Part shown: piece by piece, positions 8,744 through 18,928 of the stretch
How the letters are laid out: the number at the start of each line of letters is the position of its first letter
How positions within the stretch are numbered: position 1 is the first letter of the stretch
Source: Deferribacterales bacterium
GTDB lineage: Bacteria; Chrysiogenota; Deferribacteres; Deferribacterales; Geovibrionaceae
Direction of reading: 5' to 3'
Assembly: GCA_050251945.1 (NCBI GenBank)
Contig: JBFWLW010000003.1
Span: forward strand, 96,001 to 160,000
Length of the DNA: 64,000 nucleotides
Translations under genes and position numbers: made by a program
The notes under the pieces: model-generated
The model's input: the letters and a program-made list of their open reading frames with translations, nothing else
Told to the model about the DNA's origin: nothing
The model's database searches: none

Positions 8744-9645
8744 TAAAACAGCTTTTACTGCCTCTTTGTCTGTTTATACTCATGACAGGGTGCGCGGCAA
8801 AGGTTTCATCAAGATGGGACAGCGTGATATCCGAACAACGGGACGTTGCGCTGTCCGTCCCTTTTTACGCCCAGAAAGACTATTACTGCGGTCCGGCATC
8901 TCTTGCCATGATGCTAGAACAGAGCGGAATAAAGGCAAACCCTGACGAGCTTGCGAAAAAGGTCTTCACCCCTTCCAAAAAAGGATCGTTCAAGGAGGAC
9001 ATGCTCACAGGCGCGCGCAGAAGCGGGCGTATTCCCTACCCCGTCACCTCTCCTTCAGAGCTTTACGCTTCGCTGCGTGAGGGCAAACCCGTTCTCGTAT
9101 TTATGAATCTGGGGCTTGATTTCTATCCGGTATGGCACTACGCCGTCGTAACAGGTATTGGTGAAGGTTATCTTCTGCTCCATTCAGGTGTTACGCCGAA
9201 TGAAAAATTCAAAACCGCAACGTTCGACAAGGTATGGGCAAGGGGAGACTACTGGGGCTTCATACTCCTGCGCCCCGGCGAGATACTGAACGACGCAGAT
9301 CCGGTAAAACTTGCTGACGCGGCATTCGCATATTCGCTCACCGATGCTCAGGGAGCCATAAAAACCCTTTCCGAAGCATCCGAAGTTTTCGACAGCAAAC
9401 CGCTGATGTTCGCATACGGAAGCGTGCTTTACTCCGCCGATAAAAAAACGGAGGCGATAGACGTTTTCCGCACCATTACCGAAAAATATCCTGACGACGG
9501 TGACGGCTGGAACAATCTTGCTCATATTCTTAACGAAACAGGACTCAGAAAACTTGCCGTTTACGCCGCTGAAAAGGCGGTATCCATAGGCGGAAAGAAC
9601 CTCTCCGTTTACGAAGAAACTCTTAAATCTGTTCAAACGCCTTGA
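8740..9645 (+). CDS. PA2778-family C39-like cysteine peptidase lipoprotein with C-terminal TPR
   Basis: Lipobox LMTGC; VPFYAQ...CGPASLAM; WHYAVVTG; GWNNLA TPR-like helices; start overlaps the upstream stop. Confidence 0.85.
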   Translation: MIKQLLLPLCLFILMTGCAAKVSSRWDSVISEQRDVALSVPFYAQKDYYCGPASLAMMLEQSGIKANPDELAKKVFTPSKKGSFKEDMLTGARRSGRIPYPVTSPSELYASLREGKPVLVFMNLGLDFYPVWHYAVVTGIGEGYLLLHSGVTPNEKFKTATFDKVWARGDYWGFILLRPGEILNDADPVKLADAAFAYSLTDAQGAIKTLSEASEVFDSKPLMFAYGSVLYSADKKTEAIDVFRTITEKYPDDGDGWNNLAHILNETGLRKLAVYAAEKAVSIGGKNLSVYEETLKSVQTP

Positions 9646-9696
9646 TTTTATCCCGCTATAATATAAACTATGCTGACTAACTCAAACGGAGTAATT

Positions 9697-10623
9697 ATGC
9701 GAACCGTATTCATGGGTACGCCCGAAATGGCTGTGCCGACGCTTAAAGCACTTTTGGAAAATGATATAGAAGTCGCTCTGGTCATAACACAGACCGACAA
9801 ACCCAAAGGCAGAGGGAACCAGATGCAGTCGCCCCCTGTTAAGGAATATGCAGACGCTCAGGGCATTGAGGTCATCCAGCCGAAAAGCCTTAAAAATAAC
9901 GAAGATGTGCTTGAAAAGCTGAAAAGCATAGCGCCGGATTTCATAGTTGTTGCCGCATACGGCAAAATCCTGCCTCAATCCGTTCTTGACGTGCCGAAAA
10001 AAGCACCCGTCAACGTGCATTTTTCTTTACTCCCGAAGTACAGAGGCGCGGCTCCGGTGAACTGGGCTGTAATAAACGGAGAGGACGAAACAGGTGTCGC
10101 CACCATGCTTATGGATGCCGGACTTGACACAGGCGACATACTGCTTGTCGAAAAGACGCCCATCGGGAAAAAGGACTCCGTGATGATAGCTGAAGAGCTT
10201 GCTGAAACAGGCGCTAAACTTCTCATCAGAACCTTAAAAGAGTTCGATGGCATCACACCGGTCAAACAGAACGATGCAGACATGACGTATGCCCCCATGA
10301 TGAAAAAAGAGGACGGACACATCAAATGGGCGGAAAAGACGGCGAAAGAGATAGAATGTATGATACGCGGCTTTGTGCCGTGGCCTGCCGCATATACGTT
10401 TCTTGACGGTAAAATGTTCAAACTTTTTGCCGCTGAAATTGTCAGTATAGAGAATAATATTGAACCCGGGACAATATTCGATGTCACTAAGAAAAGTTTC
10501 TGTGTCAGATGCGCAAAAGACGCGCTTATGGTAACGGAGCTTCAGCCCGAGGGCAAAAAGAGAATGCCTGCCGTGAGTTTTCTGGCAGGTGCAAAGCTTG
10601 CGGGCGGAGAAAAGTTTGAATAA
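9697..10623 (+). CDS. fmt: Methionyl-tRNA formyltransferase
   Basis: FMGTPE, VVAAYGKILP, NVHFSLLPKYRGAAP, MDAGLDTGD. Confidence 0.97.
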   Translation: MRTVFMGTPEMAVPTLKALLENDIEVALVITQTDKPKGRGNQMQSPPVKEYADAQGIEVIQPKSLKNNEDVLEKLKSIAPDFIVVAAYGKILPQSVLDVPKKAPVNVHFSLLPKYRGAAPVNWAVINGEDETGVATMLMDAGLDTGDILLVEKTPIGKKDSVMIAEELAETGAKLLIRTLKEFDGITPVKQNDADMTYAPMMKKEDGHIKWAEKTAKEIECMIRGFVPWPAAYTFLDGKMFKLFAAEIVSIENNIEPGTIFDVTKKSFCVRCAKDALMVTELQPEGKKRMPAVSFLAGAKLAGGEKFE

Positions 10624-11389
10624 ACGAATGTCAAAAGACAGAGCGATATTCATGGCTCTGTTCTTTCTCTGCGGATGTGTGATATTCGGCGCCGGACTTG
10701 TGGTCTGGTTCCTCATGATGCTGGGCGCGGCTACCATCTCAAAGCTCGCCGCAGACGTCATAACGGCACTGTTCGTAATCTTCGCATTCTCAGTAACCAT
10801 ATTCACCCTTATATTTGCATATACTGCGCTGACAGGCAGAGACCTGAACATGGCGAAGGGGCTGCGGAGAATAGCAACAAGGCTCACACTGCCCTTTATG
10901 CTGCGTGTGGCGAAACACGCGAACATTGACAGGGACATGCTGGTGCGCGCCTTCGTAAACATAAACAACGACATGGTGCGCGGAATTATAAAACGGCGGA
11001 AGATAGAGAAACTGCTCATCCTTCTGCCGCACTGCATACAGCTTGATTGCTGTGAACTTAAACTGACAAAGGACATAACAAAATGCACAGGCTGTGGAAG
11101 ATGTGATGTAAAAGAGCTTGTTAATATAGCAGACAGGCATAATATATCTATAAACATAGCCACGGGAGGTACCGTGGCGAGAAAGATAGTTAAGGAGACG
11201 CGCCCCGACCTCATTCTTGCCGTGGCGTGCGAACGGGATCTTTTAAGCGGAATACAGGACACATACCCGCTTCCGGTACTTGGTTTCTGCAACCGGAGAC
11301 CAAACGGCGAGTGCATAAGCACCCGGATAGACACCCGCATGATAGAGGATGAAATAAATAACATATATAATATCAAGGAGGCAATATGA
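10616..11389 (+). CDS. DUF116-family membrane protein
   Basis: [32 protein letters not shown]; likely TTG start at 10616 after GGAG. Confidence 0.85.
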   Translation: MNKRMSKDRAIFMALFFLCGCVIFGAGLVVWFLMMLGAATISKLAADVITALFVIFAFSVTIFTLIFAYTALTGRDLNMAKGLRRIATRLTLPFMLRVAKHANIDRDMLVRAFVNINNDMVRGIIKRRKIEKLLILLPHCIQLDCCELKLTKDITKCTGCGRCDVKELVNIADRHNISINIATGGTVARKIVKETRPDLILAVACERDLLSGIQDTYPLPVLGFCNRRPNGECISTRIDTRMIEDEINNIYNIKEAI

Positions 11390-12252
11390 ACACCCTTAAG
11401 ACTGTTCTGCTCATGACTGTGCTGATGGTCTTCTTCGTGTTTGTGGGAGGACTTATCGGCGGCAAAACCGGAATGTACGTTGCATTCGGTATCGCTTTTG
11501 CGATGAACATCTTCTCATACTGGTTCAGCAGTTCCATCGTACTTAAGATGTACGGAGCGAAAGAAGTTACGGAGGCTGAATATCCGGCTCTTCACCGTCT
11601 TGTGCGCAACCTCGCCACAAGAGGCAATATCCCTATGCCCAAAGTTTGCGTTATGCAGAGCGCAACCCCCAACGCATTCGCAACAGGCAGAAACCCCCAG
11701 CACGCGGTAGTGGCTGTCACAACCGCCATTATGGGAATACTTTCGGAAGACGAGCTTGAAGGCGTTCTCGCCCACGAGCTGGCACACATAAACGGACGCG
11801 ACATCCTCATCGGGACAGTTGCGGCAACCATGGCGGGAGCTATTATGATGCTCGCCGACATGGCGCGCTGGGCTGCCATTTTCGGCGGCGGACACAGCAG
11901 CGACGACGAAAACAACAGCAACCCGCTGGGTATGGTGGGCATGATAGTCGTATCTATACTCGCACCGCTGGCGGCAACAATGATTCAGATGGCGATATCC
12001 CGCTCAAGGGAATACAGAGCCGACGAAGAGGGCGCACGCCTCTGCGGAAGACCCCTTTCTCTGGCATCAGCTCTGGACAAAATATCAAAGGGCGTCGCAT
12101 TCCATCCTATGGAGGAAGCAAAACCCGCCACTGCTCACATGATGATAATGAACCCCTTTTCCGCAGGCGGCATGCTCAACCTTTTCTCTACACACCCGCC
12201 CGTTGAGGAGCGCATTAAAAGGCTCCGTGAACAGGCAAGAGGAATGCGTTAA
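11386..12252 (+). CDS. htpX: Zinc metalloprotease HtpX (M48)
   Basis: [30 protein letters not shown]. Confidence 0.95.
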   Translation: MNTLKTVLLMTVLMVFFVFVGGLIGGKTGMYVAFGIAFAMNIFSYWFSSSIVLKMYGAKEVTEAEYPALHRLVRNLATRGNIPMPKVCVMQSATPNAFATGRNPQHAVVAVTTAIMGILSEDELEGVLAHELAHINGRDILIGTVAATMAGAIMMLADMARWAAIFGGGHSSDDENNSNPLGMVGMIVVSILAPLAATMIQMAISRSREYRADEEGARLCGRPLSLASALDKISKGVAFHPMEEAKPATAHMMIMNPFSAGGMLNLFSTHPPVEERIKRLREQARGMR

Positions 12253-13382
12253 TGGCGGACAGGTTCCGTTACAGGCTTTTCGACATACTGAGATCCTACT
12301 ATCAGGGCGGTCTGAAAGAGGATTATTTTCAGGATTCAACAGAAAAAAGACTGTACCGTAAAATATATTTCGAGACTTTCAGACATCTCGGCTTCATAGA
12401 AAGGGCGCTTGGAAAACTCTATTCCCGCCCGCCGGAAGAGGATGTCCGCGCCGCACTCGCATTGGGTGCATGTCAGATAATGTTCATGGATGACATACCC
12501 GAATATGCCGCCGTGAACGAGAGCGTTTCCATGGTGCCTAAACAAAAGCGAAGCTTTGTCAACGCAGTGCTTCGCAATCTGGCAAGGCAAAAGGGAACTC
12601 TCATGAAAGACTACTCCATACGTCAGGATTTTCCTGACTGGTTTGTAAAAAAATGGGAAAAACGTCTGGGGACGGAACTCGATGCGTTTCTGACTGATTT
12701 GAACACCAAGCCGTCATTTTACAGCGTCGATCCCGTCTCCATGACTATTGAAAAAACAGCAGGCGAAGCGGAAGGACACATAATGGATCTCGCATCTTTC
12801 AGCGTTGCCAGACTGGCAGGCGACATACAGCCTTTGTCTGTTCTGGACTGCTGTGCAGCTCCCGGCGGCAAAACCTTCGTTCTTTCCCACACCTATCCCG
12901 ATGCCAGAGTTTTTGCGGTTGAAAAGAACAGAAAAAGATACGAACAGCTTAAATCAGCCATGGCGGAATATAAAAATGTCGACTGCATCTGTGCCGATAT
13001 CCTTGAACTGGATACGGAGGCGGAGTTTGACCTTGTTCTGCTGGATGCACCCTGCACGTCGCTCGGCACCATTAAGCGCCATCCGGAAGTGCGCTGGCTC
13101 AGAACTCAGAAAGATATTGACGAATGCGCACGCAGACAAAAAGAAATGCTTGAAAAAGCAGTGAAATTTACAGGAAAAGGCAGTACACTGATTTATTCGG
13201 TCTGCTCTCTGGAACCGGAGGAAACAACCGGAATAATCGAAAAGTTTCTGAAAGAACATCCTGATTTTTCGGCTGCCGCTCCAGTATGCGACGAAAAATT
13301 TGCGGACGGGAACTACTTCGTTTCATTGCCTTTTAAAAGCGATGCAGACGGATTTTTCGCCGCAGTTCTGAAAAAGAAATGA
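12252..13382 (+). CDS. rsmB: RsmB/Sun-type RNA m5C methyltransferase with NusB-like N-terminus
   Basis: YAAVNESV, FVNAVLRN, DCCAAPGGKT, DAPCT, YSVCS. Confidence 0.85.
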   Translation: MADRFRYRLFDILRSYYQGGLKEDYFQDSTEKRLYRKIYFETFRHLGFIERALGKLYSRPPEEDVRAALALGACQIMFMDDIPEYAAVNESVSMVPKQKRSFVNAVLRNLARQKGTLMKDYSIRQDFPDWFVKKWEKRLGTELDAFLTDLNTKPSFYSVDPVSMTIEKTAGEAEGHIMDLASFSVARLAGDIQPLSVLDCCAAPGGKTFVLSHTYPDARVFAVEKNRKRYEQLKSAMAEYKNVDCICADILELDTEAEFDLVLLDAPCTSLGTIKRHPEVRWLRTQKDIDECARRQKEMLEKAVKFTGKGSTLIYSVCSLEPEETTGIIEKFLKEHPDFSAAAPVCDEKFADGNYFVSLPFKSDADGFFAAVLKKK

Positions 13383-13392
13383 GGTCTTTTGC

Positions 13393-14523
13393 TTGTTTGA
13401 AACAATATTGATACAACTGGGTGCCTTTTCTGTAAATGTGTCCATATCAATAGCGCAGCTATTCCTTAGTCTGTTGATAATATTTTCGGCAGTAAAGCTG
13501 TATAAAACAAGAGATTTCTCTCAACTGACCACGCTCCATGCAAAATTTTTTATGCTTATGGTTGCCGTTGAACTGACCGCAGCTTTTGCAGGCATAGACC
13601 CGAAAAGATCTCTGTGCGAAGTTGCATCAACGTGGACGTATCTTTATCTTTTTGCGATACTTATCCTGTTCAACGGCAGCAACATGAACAGAGTTATTTA
13701 CGCATTCTTTCTCGGAAGCATACTGAACGCTTTATCGGGCATATACGATGTCTTTGTAACCGGCATGGAACGTGCCATCGGCTATTACACCCATGCGCTC
13801 ACATACGGAAATGCGGCGGCTGTTGTTTTTATCTGCGGTCTGGGACTTCTTGTATTCGTCAGACATCAGCCAAAAAAGCTGCGTATTCTCACTGTAGCCG
13901 CGACTGTGCTTGCGGCATATGCGCTTTTTCTGTCGGGAAGCCGCGGCCCTATGCTCTCCGCCATGGTGACAACGGCAATAATTTGCATCTGCCAATATAA
14001 AACGAAAGCGGTTGTTGCGGTTTCGGCACTCGTGGTTATTGCAGCTGGCGTTATATATTTCAGCCAGCCGCTGCAAAATAAGCTTTTTACCGACAGAGAG
14101 GATCCGGCAGGCACCTCGTCTTCAGTCAAAACAAGAATAGTGCTTTGGAAAACCGCCATAAAAGGCATCTCCGAACGACCAGTATTCGGTTTCGGCAAAG
14201 GCAGCTTCACAGCATATGCCAAGAAGAATATAAACGTACCCGTTATAAGCACCGCTCATGCACACAACTCATACCTCCATTACGCTTTTTCCAACGGTCT
14301 CGTTGGACTGGCACTCCTCTTCGGTTTCATAATAAGCCTTTTCAGATATATATATCTGCGTTCTAAAGAATATCCACCTGCGAAAGCCGCTATTTTCATC
14401 TTCATTGTCTTCCTTCTGGAAGGGCTGACAGAGAATAATTTCGGCGATTCCGAAGTGGTGATGCTCACCATGCTTCTGCTTGCCGCCCTCACAACCCCCG
14501 CCAGACTCTATAAAAACCTTTGA
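13393..14523 (+). CDS. O-antigen ligase (WaaL/Wzy_C)-family membrane protein
   Basis: LSGSRG, RIVLW, PVFGFG, HAHNSYL; multiple TM helices. Confidence 0.85.
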   Translation: MFETILIQLGAFSVNVSISIAQLFLSLLIIFSAVKLYKTRDFSQLTTLHAKFFMLMVAVELTAAFAGIDPKRSLCEVASTWTYLYLFAILILFNGSNMNRVIYAFFLGSILNALSGIYDVFVTGMERAIGYYTHALTYGNAAAVVFICGLGLLVFVRHQPKKLRILTVAATVLAAYALFLSGSRGPMLSAMVTTAIICICQYKTKAVVAVSALVVIAAGVIYFSQPLQNKLFTDREDPAGTSSSVKTRIVLWKTAIKGISERPVFGFGKGSFTAYAKKNINVPVISTAHAHNSYLHYAFSNGLVGLALLFGFIISLFRYIYLRSKEYPPAKAAIFIFIVFLLEGLTENNFGDSEVVMLTMLLLAALTTPARLYKNL

Positions 14524-14548
14524 CAAACACTGTTTTTGCGTATAACCT
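14520..14548 (+). promoter_or_regulatory. Sigma70-type promoter of the met operon
   Basis: TTGACA at 14520-14525; TATAAC/TAACCT at 14541-14548, just before the riboswitch. Confidence 0.65.
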
Positions 14549-14555
14549 AACAAAA

Positions 14556-14660
14556 CTTATCCAGAGTAGCGGAGGGAAAGGGCCCTGTGAAGCTACAGCA
14601 GCCGGTCGGAATAATAAGCCGATGTCTGGTGCTAATTCCTACCGATGAAGGAAAGATAAG
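14556..14660 (+). ncRNA. SAM-I (S-box) riboswitch
   Basis: CTTATCCAGAG...GGAGGGA..GGCCC..TGAA...CAGCAGCC...GGTGCTAATTCC...GGAAAGATAAG; P1 CTTATC/GATAAG; upstream of metY-metX. Confidence 0.92.
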
Positions 14661-14680
14661 CATATATGTATAACAAGCAT

Positions 14681-14716
14681 AAGCCTCTTTCCCATACGGG
14701 AACAGAGGCTTTTTTG
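14681..14716 (+). terminator. Riboswitch-controlled terminator
   Basis: AAGCCTCT-TTCCC...GGGAAC-AGAGGCTT followed by a T run. Confidence 0.85.
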
Positions 14717-14731
14717 ATATCCGGAGGAAAC

Positions 14732-16012
14732 ATGAGCAAGCAGAGATTTGAAACAATCGCCATCCACGGGGGCTACAGACCCGATGAGAAAACAGGAGCC
14801 ACACAGGTTCCCATCTACCTTTCAAACGCTTACGAGTTTAAAGACGCACAGCACGCAGCAGACCTTTTCGACCTGAACGTCGGAGGGCACATCTACACCC
14901 GTCTTTCAAACCCTACGGTGGAAGTTCTCGAAAACCGCATCGCAATGCTTGAGGGCGGTTCCGCCGCTGTCGCAGCGTCAGCGGGTCAATTCGCAACATA
15001 CATGGTCATAACAGCTCTCGCAGAACAGGGCGATAACATCGTGGCATCCGCAAAACTTTACGGCGGAACATACAACCTTTTTACGCAGACCTTCCGCAAA
15101 CTCGGCATAGAGATACGCATGGTTGATCAGGACGATGTGAATGCATTCGACGCGGCTGTTGACGCAAAAACGAAGGGTATCTATATAGAATCCGTCAGCA
15201 ACCCCGGAAGCGACATACCCGATATAGAAAAAATCGCCGAAGTTGCCAAAAAGCACAGAGTTCCGCTCATAGTGGACAACACATATACAACCCCATATCT
15301 TTTCAAACCGCTGGAACACGGCGCAAATATCGTTCTGCACTCCATGACCAAGTTCATAGGCGGACACGGCGCAGCAATGGGCGGCATAGCTGTTGACGGC
15401 GGAAACTTCGACTGGTTTGCCAGCGGCAGATTCCCCTCTTTCACAGAACCCGATCCCAGCTACCACGGAGCAATATACGCGGAGAAATTCGGAAACATGG
15501 CGCTTGCAGTTAAAATGCGCGCACAGGTACTGCGCGACGTCGGCGGATGTCTTTCCCCCATGAACGCGTTCCTGATTATGAACGGTCTTGAAACTCTGCA
15601 CCTGCGTATGCCCCGCCACTGCGAAAATGCAAAAAAACTCGCCGAGTGGCTGCTTAAAAACGATAAGGTGGCATGGGTAAACTACCCAGACCTTGCGGAC
15701 AACAAAAACTATCAGGCTGTAAAAAAATATATGCCGAAAGGTTCCGGAGCAATGATGTCATTCGGACTGAAAGGCGGTCTGGATGCTGGCAGAAACTTCA
15801 TCGAAAACGTGAAGATAGCCATCCACGCAACAAACCTCGGCGACGCACGAACCATTGTGACACATCCGGCAAGCACGACACACCGTCAGCTTTCAACAGA
15901 GCAGCGGGTGAAGGCGGGAATACCCGACGAGCTTATCCGCGTTGCAGTGGGAATAGAGAATATCGACGATATTATCGAAGACTTCGATCAGGCTATGAAG
16001 GCGGTTAAATGA
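14732..16012 (+). CDS. metY: O-acetylhomoserine sulfhydrylase
   Basis: IYTRLSNPT, YGGTYNLF, PLP lysine in HSMTKFIGGHG, HPASTTH; RBS GGAGG before ATG 14732. Confidence 0.92.
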   Translation: MSKQRFETIAIHGGYRPDEKTGATQVPIYLSNAYEFKDAQHAADLFDLNVGGHIYTRLSNPTVEVLENRIAMLEGGSAAVAASAGQFATYMVITALAEQGDNIVASAKLYGGTYNLFTQTFRKLGIEIRMVDQDDVNAFDAAVDAKTKGIYIESVSNPGSDIPDIEKIAEVAKKHRVPLIVDNTYTTPYLFKPLEHGANIVLHSMTKFIGGHGAAMGGIAVDGGNFDWFASGRFPSFTEPDPSYHGAIYAEKFGNMALAVKMRAQVLRDVGGCLSPMNAFLIMNGLETLHLRMPRHCENAKKLAEWLLKNDKVAWVNYPDLADNKNYQAVKKYMPKGSGAMMSFGLKGGLDAGRNFIENVKIAIHATNLGDARTIVTHPASTTHRQLSTEQRVKAGIPDELIRVAVGIENIDDIIEDFDQAMKAVK

Positions 16013-17124
16013 CAGATAAAGGTTCTGTTGGGGTCGTTAAGACCAAATACTTTACATTTAAAGACGAATTCTTTTTCGAGAGCGGCAGGGTCATCTCATC
16101 CGTCACTGTCGCCTATGAAACATACGGGAAACTGAACGATGCGAAGGATAACGCTATCCTCGTGTGCCATGCCCTGACAGGCTCCGCACATGCCGCAGGT
16201 TACAACCGCGCAGACGAACAGAGACCAGGATGGTGGGATTCCATGATAGGTTCGGGAAAGGCCTTCGACACTGACAAGTATTTTGTCATCTGCTCGAACT
16301 TTCTCGGCTCCTGCTTCGGAACAACAGGTCCGTCGTCCGTGGATCCGTCCACCGGCAAACGATACGGACTGAGATTCCCCGTGGTCACTATCAAAGATAT
16401 GGTGCATCTGCAAAAGAAACTTATCGACCATCTCGGAATAAAACAGCTCTTCTGCGTTGCAGGCGGCTCAATGGGCGGCATGCAGGCTCTTGAATGGGGT
16501 GCGACTTATCCGGACAGCGTTAAAAGCATAATTCCCATAGCCACAGGCGCATCCATCATCCCGATGTCCATTGCGTTCAACGCAATAGCAAAATTCGCTA
16601 TTATGAAAGATCCGCGCTGGAACGGCGGCGACTATTACGACAGCGAAATACCCGTTGACGGGCTTGCCATCGCACGCATGGCGGGACACATAACATATCT
16701 GTCCGACCCCGCGTTCCACAACAAATTCGGCAGGCGCTACGCCAACTTTGAAGGTATTTACGACTTCAAAGGTATGTTCGAGGTGGAGAACTACCTCAGA
16801 TACAACGGATACAAGTTCACGGAGACGTTCGATGCGAACACATACCTTTATGTGCTCAAGACCATGGACATCTTCGACCTGTCGTACGGCAGGGGCAATC
16901 TTGAGGAGGCACTTTCGCTGATAAAGGCGAAATCACTTTTCATGACATTCACATCCGACTTTCTGTTCCCGTCGTATCAGACCGAAGAGATTGTGGGAAT
17001 ACTGAAAAAACTTGGAAAGGATACAAACTGGGAAAACATCACGTCCGACTACGGTCATGACGCGTTCCTCCTTGAGTTCGAGGTTCAGACACAGCTTATA
17101 AACGATTTCCTGAACAGGGTCTGA
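16009..17124 (+). CDS. metX: Homoserine O-acyltransferase MetX
   Basis: CHALTG, GWWD, GGSMGGMQ, GHDAFL. Confidence 0.93.
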   Translation: MTDKGSVGVVKTKYFTFKDEFFFESGRVISSVTVAYETYGKLNDAKDNAILVCHALTGSAHAAGYNRADEQRPGWWDSMIGSGKAFDTDKYFVICSNFLGSCFGTTGPSSVDPSTGKRYGLRFPVVTIKDMVHLQKKLIDHLGIKQLFCVAGGSMGGMQALEWGATYPDSVKSIIPIATGASIIPMSIAFNAIAKFAIMKDPRWNGGDYYDSEIPVDGLAIARMAGHITYLSDPAFHNKFGRRYANFEGIYDFKGMFEVENYLRYNGYKFTETFDANTYLYVLKTMDIFDLSYGRGNLEEALSLIKAKSLFMTFTSDFLFPSYQTEEIVGILKKLGKDTNWENITSDYGHDAFLLEFEVQTQLINDFLNRV

Positions 17125-17125
17125 C

Positions 17126-17842
17126 ATGGGTTTTGATTCCAGCGCCGCAAACTATCTGAACAGCAGCGACCACCGCACAGGTTCCGATCTGGAATATCTT
17201 GCGGAAAAGCTGGCCGGCGTTAAGTTCGGACGGATGCTGGACGTCGCCTGCGCCGCCGGACATTTTGCAAATTTTCTTTCTGCCGATATCAGGATAGTCA
17301 CCGACCTGAGTTTCAATATGCTGAAAAAAGCGAACGAAGCTTTCGGACTTTCACTTGGAGCTGTATCAGCGGCGGAATTTCTGCCGTTCCAAAACGAATC
17401 GTTCGACCTTGTCGGCTGCCGCATCGCCATGCACCACTTCAGAAATCCATGCATGTTCATGGGCGAGGCATTTCGCGTACTGAAACAGGGCGGCACGTTT
17501 ATATTGATTGATTCAGTCGTAAACGAAGGCGACGAACACCTGAACCGCATAGAGCTTCTGCGCGACGAAACACATAAAAAGAGCCATCCGGCGGAAAACA
17601 TAACAGCCATGGCGGAATGTGAGGGTTTCAGGACAAAAGAGACAGTCATTCTGCATAAACGGCACGATTTCGCAGAGTGGGCAAACAGACTGCACCCTTC
17701 GGACGAGCTTTTCGGCAAAATAGAAACAGCGTTCCTTGAGCTTCCCGACGAATACAGACTGCGGTATCATGTGGAAACTGAAAACGGGCGCATGAAAGCA
17801 TATACAGATAAAAAAGGATTATTTATTTTCCAAAAGCCTTGA
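17126..17842 (+). CDS. Class I SAM-dependent methyltransferase
   Basis: LDVACAAGH, AEFLPFQNESFDLV, HHF, FRVLKQGG. Confidence 0.88.
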   Translation: MGFDSSAANYLNSSDHRTGSDLEYLAEKLAGVKFGRMLDVACAAGHFANFLSADIRIVTDLSFNMLKKANEAFGLSLGAVSAAEFLPFQNESFDLVGCRIAMHHFRNPCMFMGEAFRVLKQGGTFILIDSVVNEGDEHLNRIELLRDETHKKSHPAENITAMAECEGFRTKETVILHKRHDFAEWANRLHPSDELFGKIETAFLELPDEYRLRYHVETENGRMKAYTDKKGLFIFQKP

Positions 17843-17848
17843 CCCCAA

Positions 17849-17881
17849 GGTTGCCAACTTACATATTAGAAGTTGACAACC
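17849..17881. promoter_or_regulatory. Inverted repeat, putative operator
   Basis: GGTTGCCAACTT-N9-AAGTTGACAACC (11/12 match), next to TTGACC at 17839-17844. Confidence 0.55.
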
Positions 17882-17896
17882 ACGAGGAGTCTCCAA

Positions 17897-18928
17897 ATGA
17901 AACGCAGCAATACCGGCGAAATAAAAAACTTTATAATTGAAAATCTACGGGAACACCCGAAAGATATAGCTGCCTTCACGGCAGTATATTTCGGCATATC
18001 AAGACAGGCTGTCTTAAAACACATAAATGCCATGATTGAATCAGGACAGATAGTAAGCAAAGGGGAAAAGAACAAAAGAGTCTACAGCCTGAATACTATT
18101 ATACGCGAATTTAAGTACGATCTGCCCGGCATTAGCGAATCGGATTTATTCAATAATGATATTCTCCCTTTAATCAAAACTTATTCAAAAAGTGTTTTCC
18201 ATAAAACTCAATACTGTTTTACAGAAATGGTAAACAATGCCAACGACCATTCGGAGGGCAGCAAACTCAGGATTTTCGTTATTATTGACTCTTTTTCTTT
18301 GACCATCGGCATAAAAGACAACGGCATCGGTATATTCCGTAAAATTTCAAAAGCCCTCAATCTGACGAATGAACAATATGCCATTTTAGAACTTGCCAAA
18401 GGAAAATTTACCACGGACAAAAAACATCACAGCGGAGCAGGTATCTTTTTCACTTCAAAGCTGTCCGATTATTTTTCGATACAGTCATATAACGTTCATT
18501 TCATACACGACGATAGCGATGAAAAGCATTGCGACCTTATAAGAGAAAATGAAAATTCTGATGGTACGACAATAATGTTTACAATATATTTCGACTCAAA
18601 AATAAATTATGCAGAAATTTTTAACCAATATGCTGATGATGATTTTGGTTTCACAAAAACAGCTGTGGAAGTCGGACTCTTGCGAGTAGGCGAAGAAAAC
18701 CTTGTCTCCCGCTCACAGGCAAAGCGTCTTCTGACAAGATTTGAACAGTTTAAACATATTTTACTTGATTTTAAAAACTTGGACATGATAGGACAGGCGT
18801 TCGCGGATGAAATCTTTCGCGTATTTCAGAATGAACACCCAAATATCACCTTTGAAACCACAAATACAACTAAAGAGGTTGACATGATGATAAAACGGGC
18901 TAGAAATAAAAGGGATGAAACGTTTTAA
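17897..18928 (+). CDS. HTH-HATPase-STAS-like (DUF4325) protein
   Basis: HTH FGISRQAVLKHI; EMVNNANDHS, DNGIGI, GAGIFFTS; C-terminal SRSQAKR..LDF..IGQAFADEIFRVF; RBS GAGGAG. Confidence 0.82.
   Translation: MKRSNTGEIKNFIIENLREHPKDIAAFTAVYFGISRQAVLKHINAMIESGQIVSKGEKNKRVYSLNTIIREFKYDLPGISESDLFNNDILPLIKTYSKSVFHKTQYCFTEMVNNANDHSEGSKLRIFVIIDSFSLTIGIKDNGIGIFRKISKALNLTNEQYAILELAKGKFTTDKKHHSGAGIFFTSKLSDYFSIQSYNVHFIHDDSDEKHCDLIRENENSDGTTIMFTIYFDSKINYAEIFNQYADDDFGFTKTAVEVGLLRVGEENLVSRSQAKRLLTRFEQFKHILLDFKNLDMIGQAFADEIFRVFQNEHPNITFETTNTTKEVDMMIKRARNKRDETF

Noticed and set aside
14666..14731. N-terminal extension of the metY ORF
   Set aside because: It runs through the riboswitch terminator; a strong RBS precedes ATG 14732.
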